Shown: positions 9,861 to 20,300, numbered from the stretch's first letter. The stretch is DNA of 64,000 nucleotides from Nitrosospira sp. (GCA_013821425.1 JACDGV010000006.1:10146-74145); one strand, 5' to 3'. The notes: generated by a model not told the origin, from the letters alone. Numbers and translations are program-made.

Positions 9861-11338
9861 GCAATGTAACCTGTTCCGATTATCCGGCGGGCGTCGTGCC
9901 GGCGCGCGGAGTCAGCGTGGTCGCGGTTATAGCAAAAAAGGAATTGCTTGAGCTATTTCGCGACGCGCGGCTTATGTGGATCGGCGGACTATTTGCACTG
10001 TTAATGCTGGCGGCATTGCTGCTGGGATGGCAGCAAATGCAGCATATGGAAACGGAGCGAGCCGCCGCGCAAAACGTTTCCTATGAACAATGGCTAGGGC
10101 AGGGCGAAAGAAATCCCCATACTGCGGCGCACTTTGGACAATATGCATTCAAACCTTCCAGTCCACTGTTATTTGTCGATCCTGGAGTGACGCCTTTTGT
10201 CGGCGTCAGCGTCTGGATGGAAGCGCACAAGCAAAACGAGTTCAAATTCCGTCCGGCACGCGATGCCACTTCGCTGCAGCGGTTCGGCGAATTGTCGGTC
10301 GCGTTTGTGTTGCAGGTGCTTGCTCCACTAATAATTATCTTACTGACATTCTCGGCCTTCACCGGCGAGCGTGAGCGCGGTACGCTGCGGCAGTTACTTG
10401 GCGTCGGCGTACAGCCCATGCAGTTGCTGGCGGGGAAGGGGCTGGCGAGCGCCGTTATCCTGGGGGCACTGCTTCTGCCATTCGTGATGGCTGGCCTAAT
10501 TGCACTGCCTTTTTCTACCAGTCACGACACTAACGTGGACACCGCGGTTGGACGTGGCGTCCTGATGGTAGTCGCCTACGCAATTTATCTTGCCGGTTTT
10601 GTTGCGCTGTCGCTAGGCATCTCGGCGTTGCTGAAATCGTCACGCAAGGCGCTTGTTGTGTTGCTCGCTTTCTGGGTGATCAACAGTTTCGTTATGCCGC
10701 GCATCATGACCGATCTTGTCCGCAGCATCAGTCCGACGCCTACCGCAGTGGAGTTTCAGAACACGCTCGTCGAGGCACGCAAGGCGAATTTTGGACACGA
10801 CGAAAGTCATCCGGGGTATCTGGAGTTTCGGAATCAGGTATTGCAGCAATATGGCGTATCGGAGGTTGAACAACTTCCGGTGGACTTTAAAGGGTTGGCA
10901 TTGCGAGAAGATGACCAAAGAGGATATCGCGTCTTCGATAAAAACTACGGCGCGTTATGGAACAGCTACGCGCAGCAGGAGCGCATCCGAGCGCTCGCGG
11001 GCTTCGTTTTTCCGCTTGCCGTCATGCAACCTGTTTCCATGGGCCTGGCTGGCTCGGATACAGCGCATCATAATGATTTTGCACGCTCTGCGGAAGTTTA
11101 TCGGCGCCAAATCCAGAGCGTGACTAGCGAGGATCTGATCAGGAACCGGAAATACGGCGACAAGGATTACAAAGCCAGCCCGGCTTTATGGGGAGAGATT
11201 CCCGCTTTCGACTATGAAACGCCTGATACCGGCTGGGTGCTCGAGCGTCAGTGGCTCAATCTTGCGATTCTGGCAATGTGGGCGTTTGCAGCTGGTCTTT
11301 TCGCTATGGTTACTACTCGACGTTTAACACCTCTGTAA
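9857..11338 (+). CDS. ABC-2 type permease, DUF3526-like (copy 1)
   Basis: The track ORF starts at GTG 9848. The ATG at 9857 forms an ATGA overlap with the ATPase stop. It is a multi-TM protein with the conserved GERERGTL motif after TM2 and a large extra-membrane insert, the architecture I associate with DUF3526 permeases found next to TonB receptors. Confidence 0.85.
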   Translation: MSNVTCSDYPAGVVPARGVSVVAVIAKKELLELFRDARLMWIGGLFALLMLAALLLGWQQMQHMETERAAAQNVSYEQWLGQGERNPHTAAHFGQYAFKPSSPLLFVDPGVTPFVGVSVWMEAHKQNEFKFRPARDATSLQRFGELSVAFVLQVLAPLIIILLTFSAFTGERERGTLRQLLGVGVQPMQLLAGKGLASAVILGALLLPFVMAGLIALPFSTSHDTNVDTAVGRGVLMVVAYAIYLAGFVALSLGISALLKSSRKALVVLLAFWVINSFVMPRIMTDLVRSISPTPTAVEFQNTLVEARKANFGHDESHPGYLEFRNQVLQQYGVSEVEQLPVDFKGLALREDDQRGYRVFDKNYGALWNSYAQQERIRALAGFVFPLAVMQPVSMGLAGSDTAHHNDFARSAEVYRRQIQSVTSEDLIRNRKYGDKDYKASPALWGEIPAFDYETPDTGWVLERQWLNLAILAMWAFAAGLFAMVTTRRLTPL

Positions 11339-11372
11339 ATAGGTTAGATAGATTCGAATCCGGAGAATAATC

Positions 11373-12837
11373 ATGACCCCATCCTTTTTATTCGGCGAAG
11401 CGTTCCGGCACGAGCGGCGCCTTTTTAGTGCCGACCGCCTGACTGCCCTTATTGTATTGATACTTCTTGCAGCGATCGGCTATGGAATACACAATGGCAA
11501 GGCATGGGTCGAAAAGCAACAGCAGGCGGTCTCCGCAGCCCAGGCGGAAGAGAAAGCAAGGCTAAAAGAAAGCCGTGACAACCTGATCGCCATGGAGGAT
11601 GGCAGGTATGTTGCGTCGTCCTCCTTTAGAAATCCCGCAAATCCGCTTTGGGTTGGCAATCGCCACGCGGCCACTTATGCGGTTCTTCCACCTACCGCCC
11701 TTGCATTGACCGCGATAGGCCAGAGCGACTTGAATCCACCCTATATGGCGGTGTCAGCCGACAGCAAGGAAACATTTTTATTCAACGAAGAGATTGAAAA
11801 TCCCGCAAATCTGCTGATCGGCTACTTCGACCTCGCGTTTTTTTATCGTATTTCTTTTGCCGCTGCTTATCATCGCGCTGTCTTACAATGTTCTTTCGGG
11901 CGAACGTGAGCAGGGTACGCTGGCGATTCTAATGTCGAACCCGATCCGGCTCGGCACTTTGCTTTTCGCCAAGCTTGCGTTGAGGGCAGGATTGGTAATT
12001 CTCTCGACAGTAATCATAACTATCGCTTTTGCCGTTCTGAACGGCGCGCCATTATTTTCCCTGGACGGCATGACGAGGCTTTCATGGTGGGTAACGCTCA
12101 CGATAGCCTACGGCCTGCTCTGGTTTGCCGTAGCGGCTGCTGTGGGTGTCCTTGGCAAAAGTTCCGAGCACAATGCGTTGGTTCTTGTCGGTTTATGGGT
12201 CGTGTTTTCCCTGATAGTGCCGACACTGCTGAGTATTGCCGTTAACGTGGCTTATCCGGTTCCGTCCAGGGCTGAGATGGTTAATAGCCTGCGTGCCATA
12301 CAGACCAGTACAGGCAGGGAATATGACGCAACGGCAGCCCGTTACCAGGATGAGCATGACGCATTGGCAGCCGATGCCGGCGTGTTGAATCAAGAGGATC
12401 TGGACGTGGCCCATAGAAGGGTCGTGGTGCAGCAAACCGCATCGAGGATAACAGAAGAATTAATGGCGCGGCATAACGATCAACTGACCCGGCAACAGCG
12501 GATTGTCGACTGGCTGAGGTTTCTATCACCTACAATTTTGATGCAGGAGGCGCTGAACGATGTCGCGGGTACCGGAAATAGCAGATACCGCCATTATACG
12601 CAGCAGATCGACCAATTCTACGGGGACTGGCAGGCATTTTTTGTGACGAGGGTGATGACCAACACTGCGCTAACGGTGGAGGACTATGACCGGTTCCCAC
12701 GATTCTGGTATGTGCAGCAGCCGCTTTCCGATTTGAATCCCCGTTTGCTGTCCGCGCTTCTTGGACTGCTGATTCCGGTGGTTGCTTTAGTTTATCTCAG
12801 CGCCCGGCGAGTTTCACGCTATCCCATCACGAGTTGA
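11373..12837 (+). pseudogene. ABC-2 type permease, DUF3526-like (copy 2), reading frame broken by +1 nt in a T7 run
   Basis: Track ORFs 11373..11909 and 11857..12837 are in different frames. Frame 0 reads ...IGYFDLAFF up to the T7 run at 11838-11844. The next frame continues FIVFLLPLLIIALSYNVLSGEREQGTL, which parallels copy 1 (VLAPLIIILLTFSAFTGERERGTL). With T6 the ORF would be a continuous 488 aa or so. Confidence 0.7.
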
Positions 12838-12949
12838 GTATGACGGCCATCCTCCTGCATCAACGCTGACGATGCATTTTGTGGCGGCCCAGCATCGCGC
12901 TCGTGGGCCACGCGACGGATCCCGCAATTAACTGTTGGGCTATCCCGCT

Positions 12950-13930
12950 TTATTGGCTGGTTACCGAGTTCCCGATTTGCATCACGGTCGCAGGAGGTAC
13001 TTCCCCTACCGTAGTGATAACGTTGTCGCCAACTGTGCGGGTATAGATGCTGATAGCCCCGCGGCTGTGATAAAGCCCTTCAACTGGCGGAGACGAATTT
13101 CCGGATAGCGGTTCGATGAACACCGACACCGCGGCAAGACCATCCGAGAGCGCTATCTGCCCCACCGGCCTTGATGTTCCAGAGAGATTGCGTTTCATTT
13201 CAATGATTTTTCTGAATCCGGGGGGAGAATCCTCAACCTGCCAACCGAGCTTTCCGCTTCCCACGGTGGAAGATACGAGGTTGGTCGTTCGCCAATCGGC
13301 TGTTTTCGCCGCATACCTTGATTTCAGTAATTCCTTGTCTATCTTGCCGCCGATCTTTAAATCCGTGAAAACGAACTGTTCGACCACCCGTCCCTTATCC
13401 ATCACGGTGGCTTTCAGGAGCAGGCCGGTATGCGCGTCTACCCACAACTTTTGCCCATAACGCTTATCGTCCCTGGGCTCGAGCTCGATTACCTGGCAAA
13501 GAAAGCCGCTCACGCGTTCCTGGCCCCCTTTTCTGACGACATAATTATCATCCAGATTACTCAACGGCTGAGGTAGCAACGCGGGAAAAACTTTTCGTAG
13601 CCAGCGTTTCTCCGTGACAACGGTCTTGCTGTCCGGCAAATAACATCTCATCTCGTCGTTATTACGGATAATCTCGCGAGGCGGGCCATCCAGCACCTCG
13701 CTTTTTTCATGCTCCCCGTCTTCATCTACCAGATGGACAATACGGGAGGTTTCAATGTTATTGCCGGAGGAATAGACAAACGTGCCGACGTAGTTATGCT
13801 GGCGAGGCGCGGCGGCGATTTTTTGCAGCCACCGTAATGCGTCAGGCGATGAGGTGTGGGGTTTTTGCGCGAATACAGGCTGAACGCTGGCTGATAACAG
13901 CAACAGCGTAGCCAGTACAACTCGTGTCAT
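12950..13930 (-). CDS. rseB: Sigma-E regulatory protein RseB/MucB
   Basis: 326-aa ORF with a signal peptide (…SVQPVFAQ) and the RseB-like N-terminus ALRWLQKIAAAPRQHNYVGTFVY. Its start overlaps the rseA stop (ATGA). Confidence 0.9.
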   Translation of the reverse strand: MTRVVLATLLLLSASVQPVFAQKPHTSSPDALRWLQKIAAAPRQHNYVGTFVYSSGNNIETSRIVHLVDEDGEHEKSEVLDGPPREIIRNNDEMRCYLPDSKTVVTEKRWLRKVFPALLPQPLSNLDDNYVVRKGGQERVSGFLCQVIELEPRDDKRYGQKLWVDAHTGLLLKATVMDKGRVVEQFVFTDLKIGGKIDKELLKSRYAAKTADWRTTNLVSSTVGSGKLGWQVEDSPPGFRKIIEMKRNLSGTSRPVGQIALSDGLAAVSVFIEPLSGNSSPPVEGLYHSRGAISIYTRTVGDNVITTVGEVPPATVMQIGNSVTSQ

Positions 13931-14481
13931 CTGGGCAAGGATTCGTGCGTTTCCGTAACTACGCGCATATAAGGCGCTACGCCATGCATCGCAGTACTGG
14001 GAGAAAATTCCCTGTGGGCAAGCAGATAATCATTGATTTGAACGGGAGCCGATACCGGAACGGAACCTACCGGTAGAGCCGGTGTAGCGGCTGCGGGGAC
14101 TGCTCTGTTATCGGCGAGATTGTGCTGCAATGCATCCGGTGCCTGCTGCGTTTGCAGGCTCATCCAGCCTGCTGCGACCACTGCCGCTATCGACGCTGCG
14201 GCCGCATATGCAACAGGTTTACGCTTAGCCTTCAGCCGGAGCGCCGACGCATCCGCCGCGGACGACATCTCCCTTATGGCCGGTTCAGCCGCCAGCCTCG
14301 CGCTTACTCGTTGCGTAATATCGAGATGCCTTGCTTCGGAGTGTTCCAGAACATCGCTTATCAGATGATAAACGGCCCATTGATCACGTAATCCTTCGGT
14401 GTTTCGGAATTGCTCGATTACCCCTGACGCATCTTCATTATCCAGTTCGCCATCCATCAACGCCGATATCTGATCTTGCAC
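13927..14481 (-). CDS. rseA: Anti-sigma-E factor RseA/MucA
   Basis: 184-aa ORF. The N-terminus ISALMDGELD...WAVYHLISDVL is typical of RseA. It has a central hydrophobic TM (AAAASIAAVVAAGWM) and lies immediately after rpoE. Confidence 0.87.
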   Translation of the reverse strand: MQDQISALMDGELDNEDASGVIEQFRNTEGLRDQWAVYHLISDVLEHSEARHLDITQRVSARLAAEPAIREMSSAADASALRLKAKRKPVAYAAAASIAAVVAAGWMSLQTQQAPDALQHNLADNRAVPAAATPALPVGSVPVSAPVQINDYLLAHREFSPSTAMHGVAPYMRVVTETHESLPR

Positions 14482-14482
14482 G

Positions 14483-15085
14483 CTACCACCTCTTGTCTTT
14501 GCCGGTCCCCAGTAAGGGCCGTAATTTTTCCGCTATGGCTTCCCGAGCACGAAATATGCGTGATCTCACCGTCCCTATGGGGCAGTTCATGATGACTGCA
14601 ATTTCCTCATAACTCAGGCCCTCAATTTCCCTCAAGGTAATTGCCGTACGCAACTCTTCAGGCAATTCCTCTAGTGTCTGATTTACCGTCTGCGCGATCT
14701 GCTTGCTTGTCAGCTCGCTCTCGGGCGTGTTCATCTCCCGCAACTGGCTGGCTTCCTCGAAACCTTCGGCATCTTCGTTATCGTACCCGTTGGTGGTGGT
14801 AGGCGCCCGCCTGCCTTGGGCCACCAAAAAGTTCTTCGCGGTGTTAATGCCAATCCTGTACAACCAGGTGTAAAATGCGCTGTCTCCGCGAAAAGAGGGT
14901 AACGCCCGATACGCCTTTATAAATGCTTCCTGGGTCACATCCTCAACCTCGGTCGAATCCCGGATAAATTGCGACAGCAACCGGGCAAGCTTGCGTTGAT
15001 ACTTGACCACTAAAAGATCAAACGCCTGTTTGTCGCCGTGTTGCGCGCGTTCCACCAGCTGCTGATCGATTTCCCGGTCACCCAT
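14483..15085 (-). CDS. rpoE: ECF RNA polymerase sigma factor RpoE/AlgU
   Basis: The track ORF extends to 15142. The conserved start is M20 (MGDREIDQQLVERAQHGDKQAFDLLVVKYQ). Sigma-70 regions 2 and 4 are recognisable (…EGLSYEEIAVIMNCPIGTVRSRIFRARE). Confidence 0.95.
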   Translation of the reverse strand: MGDREIDQQLVERAQHGDKQAFDLLVVKYQRKLARLLSQFIRDSTEVEDVTQEAFIKAYRALPSFRGDSAFYTWLYRIGINTAKNFLVAQGRRAPTTTNGYDNEDAEGFEEASQLREMNTPESELTSKQIAQTVNQTLEELPEELRTAITLREIEGLSYEEIAVIMNCPIGTVRSRIFRAREAIAEKLRPLLGTGKDKRW

Positions 15086-15231
15086 CCTGCATAAATCCCC
15101 AAAGTTATGGTTTGATACTTGTGACGCCTGCCGCATGTGCAATGCAGTTGAAGCTCAGCCAAGTATACCCGCTCACGGGTCCATCGGGGAATTACGCGCT
15201 ACAGGCTCAGTATCATCTGTAACCTGTGTGA

Positions 15232-15264
15232 AGAGACAACGAATATTATAAATTAGTTCAGTTC
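15232..15264 (-). promoter_or_regulatory. Candidate sigma-E-type autoregulated promoter upstream of rpoE
   Basis: The minus strand reads TTGAACTGAACTA-N17-TCTCT, that is tandem GAACT -35-like elements and a TCTNN -10-like element about 150 nt upstream of the rpoE start. The match to GGAACTT-N16/17-TCTGA is only partial. Confidence 0.3.
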
Positions 15265-16267
15265 AAAACATGGTTATTCGAGGCGGCGGGTTTGGCGACA
15301 CAATCACATGAATTCAGAAGCGAACTCATCAGCGATTTCGGGTAGTGTAGGGTGAAGCGGCCCGTTCTACCGGCTCACTTCTTCTGTTTCCCGCTTTGCA
15401 CCTCTGGCCTTACAGCCCTGCCGATGTTGCGATGATGTTGCGTTACAGGAGGTAAGCTGGAGAACGGCGCTATCCCCGCAATACGCTCTCCATTCCCCAC
15501 CCCCTAAAGCATCAGATAGTTCCAGCAACGCGTCACCGGGCAGCCTGGTTTCCCGCTCCCGAAACAGCTTTGAACGTTCCAATAACCGCTTCCCCCGGGA
15601 TCTGTGCGAGTACCATTTCAGCGGTAGCTCGCCATTTTGGGGCAATTCTCGGCGCACTCGCGGCACGCTCTTCCGAACTCTTCCATGCCGTCCAGCCGCC
15701 CGCAGTTTTCGCACAGCCACCGCAGATATCGGCGCAGGCTCTGCATCCCGGGCGCCTTCCTTCGTAAGATACGGCTCCGTCCTGCGCGGTCCCAACCATT
15801 CGCATTGTCGTCTTTCGCGTATTTCATCCTGAAAAAATCCGTCGCGCCCGCATGGGACTTGTTTCAGGGTTTCCATAAGGCGGAAAATGCTCCGGCTCGA
15901 CATGCTTGCTGCCCGATTCTCCCGCAATGATGCAAGGCGATCTGCAAACAGGCCGGATGGCAGCGATCACGGGCATCGACAGGATTGCATGTCCTGGCTG
16001 GTTGTAGGGGAGAGTGCATATAAATTCTCCTTCCTTTGGGGTTTATTGATTTTCCACCTTCTCTTTGGCAAAAGAGCGCCAGCACATAGCCAGCACATAA
16101 TGTGCGCTGCCGCCCTGGGGTATTCCGTACGGTAACCGACATAAACTTGCACACTGGTTTTCGTACACGTCTCCGGGTATCCTGAGGGTCGGATATGCTG
16201 AACCGGGAGCGGCGTTGGCATGCGGTCTGCTATCATTCTGTTGACTGAATCAGAACAATAATACAAA

Positions 16268-17857
16268 GTGCCCCAGCTTAATTTCGACACCCTGATCATC
16301 GGCAGCGGCCTCGCCGGTCTGACGCTTGCGCTCAATCTCGCGGAGAGCAGAAGAAAGGTGGGGCTTATCACTAAGCAGGCGCTGCTCGATGGCGCCAGTG
16401 GGTGGGCGCAGGGAGGCATTGCCGCCACCCTTTCAGACGAAGACTCCTCGGGGGCGCATATGCTGGATACGCTCATCTCAGGCGCGGGTCTTTGCAATCC
16501 CGCCGTTACGCGTTACGTCGTGGAAAAAGGGCCCCAGGCCATTCAGTGGCTTATCAGGCAAGGGGTGCCCTTTACGCGCGACCTGGACAACAGAACGGGC
16601 TACCACCTTACGCGGGAGGGTGGCCACAGCGTGCGGCGAGTTATTCACGCCGCGGATGCGACCGGACAGGCGGTGCAATTAACGTTGACCGAAAAAGTGC
16701 GCAGCCATCCCAATATCTCGGTGCTCGAGCATCATATGGCGGTTGACCTTATCACCGGCGCAAAACTGGGCCAAACCGCGAGAAATAGCAGCCGCTGTCA
16801 TGGCGCCTATGTGCTGGACAGTGCGGCAGGCGTGGTTCGCACTATCGGGGCCAACAACACGGTGCTGGCGACCGGTGGCGCGGGCAAGGTTTATCTCTAT
16901 ACCACCAATCCCGATACCGCTACCGGCGATGGCATCGCCATGGGCTGGCGCGCGGGGTGCCGCGTCGCCAACATGGAGTTCATCCAGTTCCATCCAACCT
17001 GCCTATACCATCCCCATGCCAAATCATTTCTTGTCAGCGAGGCGGTGCGGGGGGAGGGGGGCCAGCTGAAGCTAGCTGACGGTTCACGCTTCATGCCCTG
17101 GCACGACCACCGCGCGGAGCTTGCGCCGCGCGATATTGTTGCCCGCGCAATCGACTTCGAGATGAAAAAGCGCGGGTTGGATTGTGTTTATCTCGATATT
17201 TCGCATAAACCGGCAGAGTTTCTGAAGGAGCACTTCCCCAATATCTATAAGCGCTGCCTGGAATTCGGCATCGACATCACTGAACAGCCGATCCCCGTCG
17301 TGCCTGCCGCCCACTATACCTGTGGCGGCATTGTCACCGACTGGAACGGAAAGACCGATCTGGATAATCTGTATGCAATCGGCGAAACCGCCCATACCGG
17401 CCTCCACGGTGCCAACCGGCTCGCAAGCAACTCACTCTTGGAATGCCTGGTGTTCGGACAGGCAGCAGCAGCGGACATTATCGGTCAGCCGCCGGAACCC
17501 CCCCCGGAGCTGCCGCAATGGGACGAGAGCCGCGTCACCAACGCTGATGAGGAGATCGTGATATCGCATAACTGGGATGAACTGCGGCGCTTCATGTGGA
17601 GCTATGTCGGCATTGTCCGGACCACCAAGCGCCTGCAACGCGCAGGGCACCGAATCAATCTACTGCACGAAGAAATCAACGAGTATTATGCCAATTTTCG
17701 TGTCACCAGCGACCTGCTGGAGTTGCGCAACCTGGTGGATACTGCCGACCTGATCGTGCAAAGCGCGATGCTGCGACACGAAAGCCGCGGCTTGCACTAC
17801 AGCCGGGACTATCCGGAGTTGTTGCCCGAGGCGAGGGATACGGTGTTGAAGCGGTAA
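16268..17857 (+). CDS. nadB: L-aspartate oxidase
   Basis: 529-aa ORF with a GTG start. FAD fold IIGSGLAGL, and the succinate DH/fumarate reductase flavoprotein-like core (...HYTCGGI..., ...RLASNSLLE...). It is divergent from rpoE, as in E. coli. Confidence 0.96.
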   Translation: MPQLNFDTLIIGSGLAGLTLALNLAESRRKVGLITKQALLDGASGWAQGGIAATLSDEDSSGAHMLDTLISGAGLCNPAVTRYVVEKGPQAIQWLIRQGVPFTRDLDNRTGYHLTREGGHSVRRVIHAADATGQAVQLTLTEKVRSHPNISVLEHHMAVDLITGAKLGQTARNSSRCHGAYVLDSAAGVVRTIGANNTVLATGGAGKVYLYTTNPDTATGDGIAMGWRAGCRVANMEFIQFHPTCLYHPHAKSFLVSEAVRGEGGQLKLADGSRFMPWHDHRAELAPRDIVARAIDFEMKKRGLDCVYLDISHKPAEFLKEHFPNIYKRCLEFGIDITEQPIPVVPAAHYTCGGIVTDWNGKTDLDNLYAIGETAHTGLHGANRLASNSLLECLVFGQAAAADIIGQPPEPPPELPQWDESRVTNADEEIVISHNWDELRRFMWSYVGIVRTTKRLQRAGHRINLLHEEINEYYANFRVTSDLLELRNLVDTADLIVQSAMLRHESRGLHYSRDYPELLPEARDTVLKR

Positions 17858-18467
17858 GTCAGGGCAAGCCGATGCATTAACACCGCCTCAATAGGCCGTG
17901 TTCCCTCCGCGTTTGGCCAATCTCGTCCATCTTCTTCTTTTATCCTCCTCTCCATTACGGTTTTGCTTGAATTCGTGAGCAAGCGACCATAAAAAGGCGC
18001 TTTCCTCAAGCGCGGATAAGCGGACTGATAGCGCCAACCTCGCGGGAATCGGCAGTGATCCAGTGGTGAAACGATGGCCTCAGGCATGAACCGTAGCGTT
18101 TGAACCGCAGCGGTTCTCCGATGAGGTTGACGAACGTGAGGGGGGCGTAAGTGGCAGGCACCAGGGTCTCTTTTTTGCAGAGTTTGATCGCAGGCGCTAT
18201 TTTTCCTGACGAGGCGGACGGTACGCAGAATGGTTATTGCTTTTCGGGGTCATTGCCTATATTTTTCCCCGGTTTAGTCAAGCCGCATAGCCATGCCGGT
18301 TCACAGACCGATATTCCGGTTTGCGGAAAATTATTTCATCTCGTTAGCAGCAGGATTGAACCCATCATAGTTCACTTCGAACCTCCGATTGGCTGTGCCG
18401 GGCGGCTAACCGGTACAGAAAATAGCCAATCTCGTGATTAAACCTTTTATCGATGCGCTGGCAGGTT

Positions 18468-20300
18468 TTTATGTTTAATTATTTTGAAAAAATGGTTTAT
18501 CCCTATCCTGATTCCGTGGATAGCGTTCCGCCCAGGAAGTTTTCCCCATTCGTATGGCAATCCACCCGGGGGGTGCGGCGATATTTGATTGCAATGACTT
18601 TGCTTACGGCATTGGTTGGCGCATTCGAAGCATTATTGTTTGCCATGCTGGGAAAAGTCGTCGACTGGTTAAACCATGTGCCGCCTGCTCTATTGTGGGA
18701 CCAGGAGCAAAGCACTCTTCTTCTGTTTGCCGGGCTATTGGTCGCTAGCCCGTTGCTGGTTGGATTGCAAAACCTCTTTAAGCATCAGGTGTTGGGCGGA
18801 AACTTTCCGATGCGGCTGCGCTGGAATTTTCATCGCTTGATGCTAAACCAAAGCATGAATTTTTACCAGGACGAGTTTGCCGGCCGTGTGGCAGCCAAAG
18901 TCATGCAAACTGCGCTAGCCCTGCGCGATGTCTGCTTTCTTCTGGGAGACATCCTCATGTACGTTGCGATTTATTTTGTCACTCTGGTTGCGGTGGTGAG
19001 CAGTTTTAGTCCGTGGATGGCCGTGCCTTTTATGGGGTGGTTCATTCTCTACGTTTGCGCGTTGCGTTTTTTCGTGCCCCGGCTAAGCCGGGTTTCCGAA
19101 ATCCAGGCTGACGCCCGTGCTCTGATGACGGGGCGCATAAGTGACGCCTATACCAACATTGGTACGGTAAAACTCTTCTCTCACACCGGCAGGGAAGCGG
19201 GATACGCAAGATCGGCAATGCAGGAATTTTTAAAGACCGTCCATAGCCAGATGCGGCTGATTACCAGCTTTGCAATCGTCAACCAGGCAATGGGCGCAAG
19301 CCTTATCATCAGCGCGGCCGGTGTCGCTTTGTTGCTTTGGACACAGGGTCAGATAGGCGTTGGAGCTGTCGCGGCCGTAGGCGCAATGGCGGTAAGGCTT
19401 AACGGCATGTCTCAGTGGGTGATGTGGGAAACGGCGTTGTTGTTTGAGCAGGTTGGAACGGTAAGGGATGGTATCAATACCTTGACTCGACCGCACCTGG
19501 TGACCGATTACCCCACTGCAAAACCCCTTCAGATCGCGAATGCCGATATCCGGTTTGAGGACGTGTTCTTTTGTTACGGGGGGGATATTCCCGTAATCGA
19601 TCACCTCTCGCTGCATGTCAGGCCGGGCGAGAAAATTGGATTGGTGGGACGTTCCGGTGCGGGCAAATCCAGTCTCGTCAACCTGCTGCTCAGATTTTAT
19701 GACATCGAGCAGGGGCGTATCCTGATCGACGGGCAGGATATCAAATACGTGACCCAGAACAGCTTGCGCGCCAACATTGGCATGGTCACTCAGGATACGT
19801 CGCTTATGCATCGCTCCGTGAGGGATAACATTTTATATGGGCAGCCAGACGCAACCGATGCGAATATGATTGCCGCAGCGAAAAGAGCCGAAGCCCACGA
19901 CTTCATAACAGGGCTGGCCGATCCCGTGGGACGCAAAGGCTATGATGCGCACGTGGGCGAACGGGGAATAAAGCTTTCGGGCGGCCAGCGCCAGCGCATT
20001 GCGATTGCCCGCGTCATGTTGAAGGACGCTCCCATACTTTTGCTTGATGAAGCCACAAGCGCGCTGGATTCCGAAGTGGAGTCGGCCATCCAGTCCAGCT
20101 TGTATCGGCTGATGAAAGGCAAGACGGTAATAGCCATAGCCCATCGTCTATCAACTATCGCGGCCATGGATCGCCTGATCGTGATCGACAAAGGGTGTAT
20201 CGTTGAGGAGGGAACCCATCAGAGTCTCATCGCACTTGGCGGCCTCTATGCGCGATTGTGGAGTCACCAGAGCGGGGGTTTCCTGGGGAAAGATGCGTGA
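18468..20300 (+). CDS. ABC exporter, fused permease and ATPase (MsbA/multidrug-type)
   Basis: The track ORF starts at 18453; the likely start is MFNYFEKMVYPYPD at 18468. Six predicted TM helices are followed by Walker A GRSGAGKSS, signature LSGGQRQR and Walker B LLLDEATSALD. Confidence 0.92.
   Translation, partial: FMFNYFEKMVYPYPDSVDSVPPRKFSPFVWQSTRGVRRYLIAMTLLTALVGAFEALLFAMLGKVVDWLNHVPPALLWDQEQSTLLLFAGLLVASPLLVGLQNLFKHQVLGGNFPMRLRWNFHRLMLNQSMNFYQDEFAGRVAAKVMQTALALRDVCFLLGDILMYVAIYFVTLVAVVSSFSPWMAVPFMGWFILYVCALRFFVPRLSRVSEIQADARALMTGRISDAYTNIGTVKLFSHTGREAGYARSAMQEFLKTVHSQMRLITSFAIVNQAMGASLIISAAGVALLLWTQGQIGVGAVAAVGAMAVRLNGMSQWVMWETALLFEQVGTVRDGINTLTRPHLVTDYPTAKPLQIANADIRFEDVFFCYGGDIPVIDHLSLHVRPGEKIGLVGRSGAGKSSLVNLLLRFYDIEQGRILIDGQDIKYVTQNSLRANIGMVTQDTSLMHRSVRDNILYGQPDATDANMIAAAKRAEAHDFITGLADPVGRKGYDAHVGERGIKLSGGQRQRIAIARVMLKDAPILLLDEATSALDSEVESAIQSSLYRLMKGKTVIAIAHRLSTIAAMDRLIVIDKGCIVEEGTHQSLIALGGLYARLWSHQSGGFLGKDA

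Noticed and set aside
11341-11372. GATTCGAATCCGG, resembling a tRNA T-arm
   Set aside because: It sits in a 34-nt intergenic gap, which is far too short for a tRNA, and no acceptor or anticodon arms can be drawn.
12881-12913. Possible hairpin GGCCCA-N12-TGGGCC between the convergent permease and rseB genes
   Set aside because: It has only a 6-bp stem, a 12-nt loop, and no U-tract on either strand.
15367-15927. 186-aa Arg-rich minus-strand ORF in the rpoE-nadB spacer
   Set aside because: It has no SD and an extreme Arg/Gly/Glu composition. It overlaps open frames on both strands, which is typical of GC-rich non-coding or decayed DNA. I kept it only as part of a low-confidence finding.
15967-16497. 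176-aa minus-strand ORF overlapping the nadB 5' end
   Set aside because: It is antisense to the well-supported nadB start and has low-complexity Ser/Pro/Ala composition.
17809-18441. 92-aa (minus) and 96-aa (plus) ORFs between nadB and the ABC exporter
   Set aside because: They have no SD, no motifs, and one overlaps the nadB 3' end. I treat the region as intergenic.
19230-19811. 193-aa minus-strand ORF inside the ABC exporter gene
   Set aside because: It is a shadow ORF opposite the Walker A region and TM region of a clearly coding gene.
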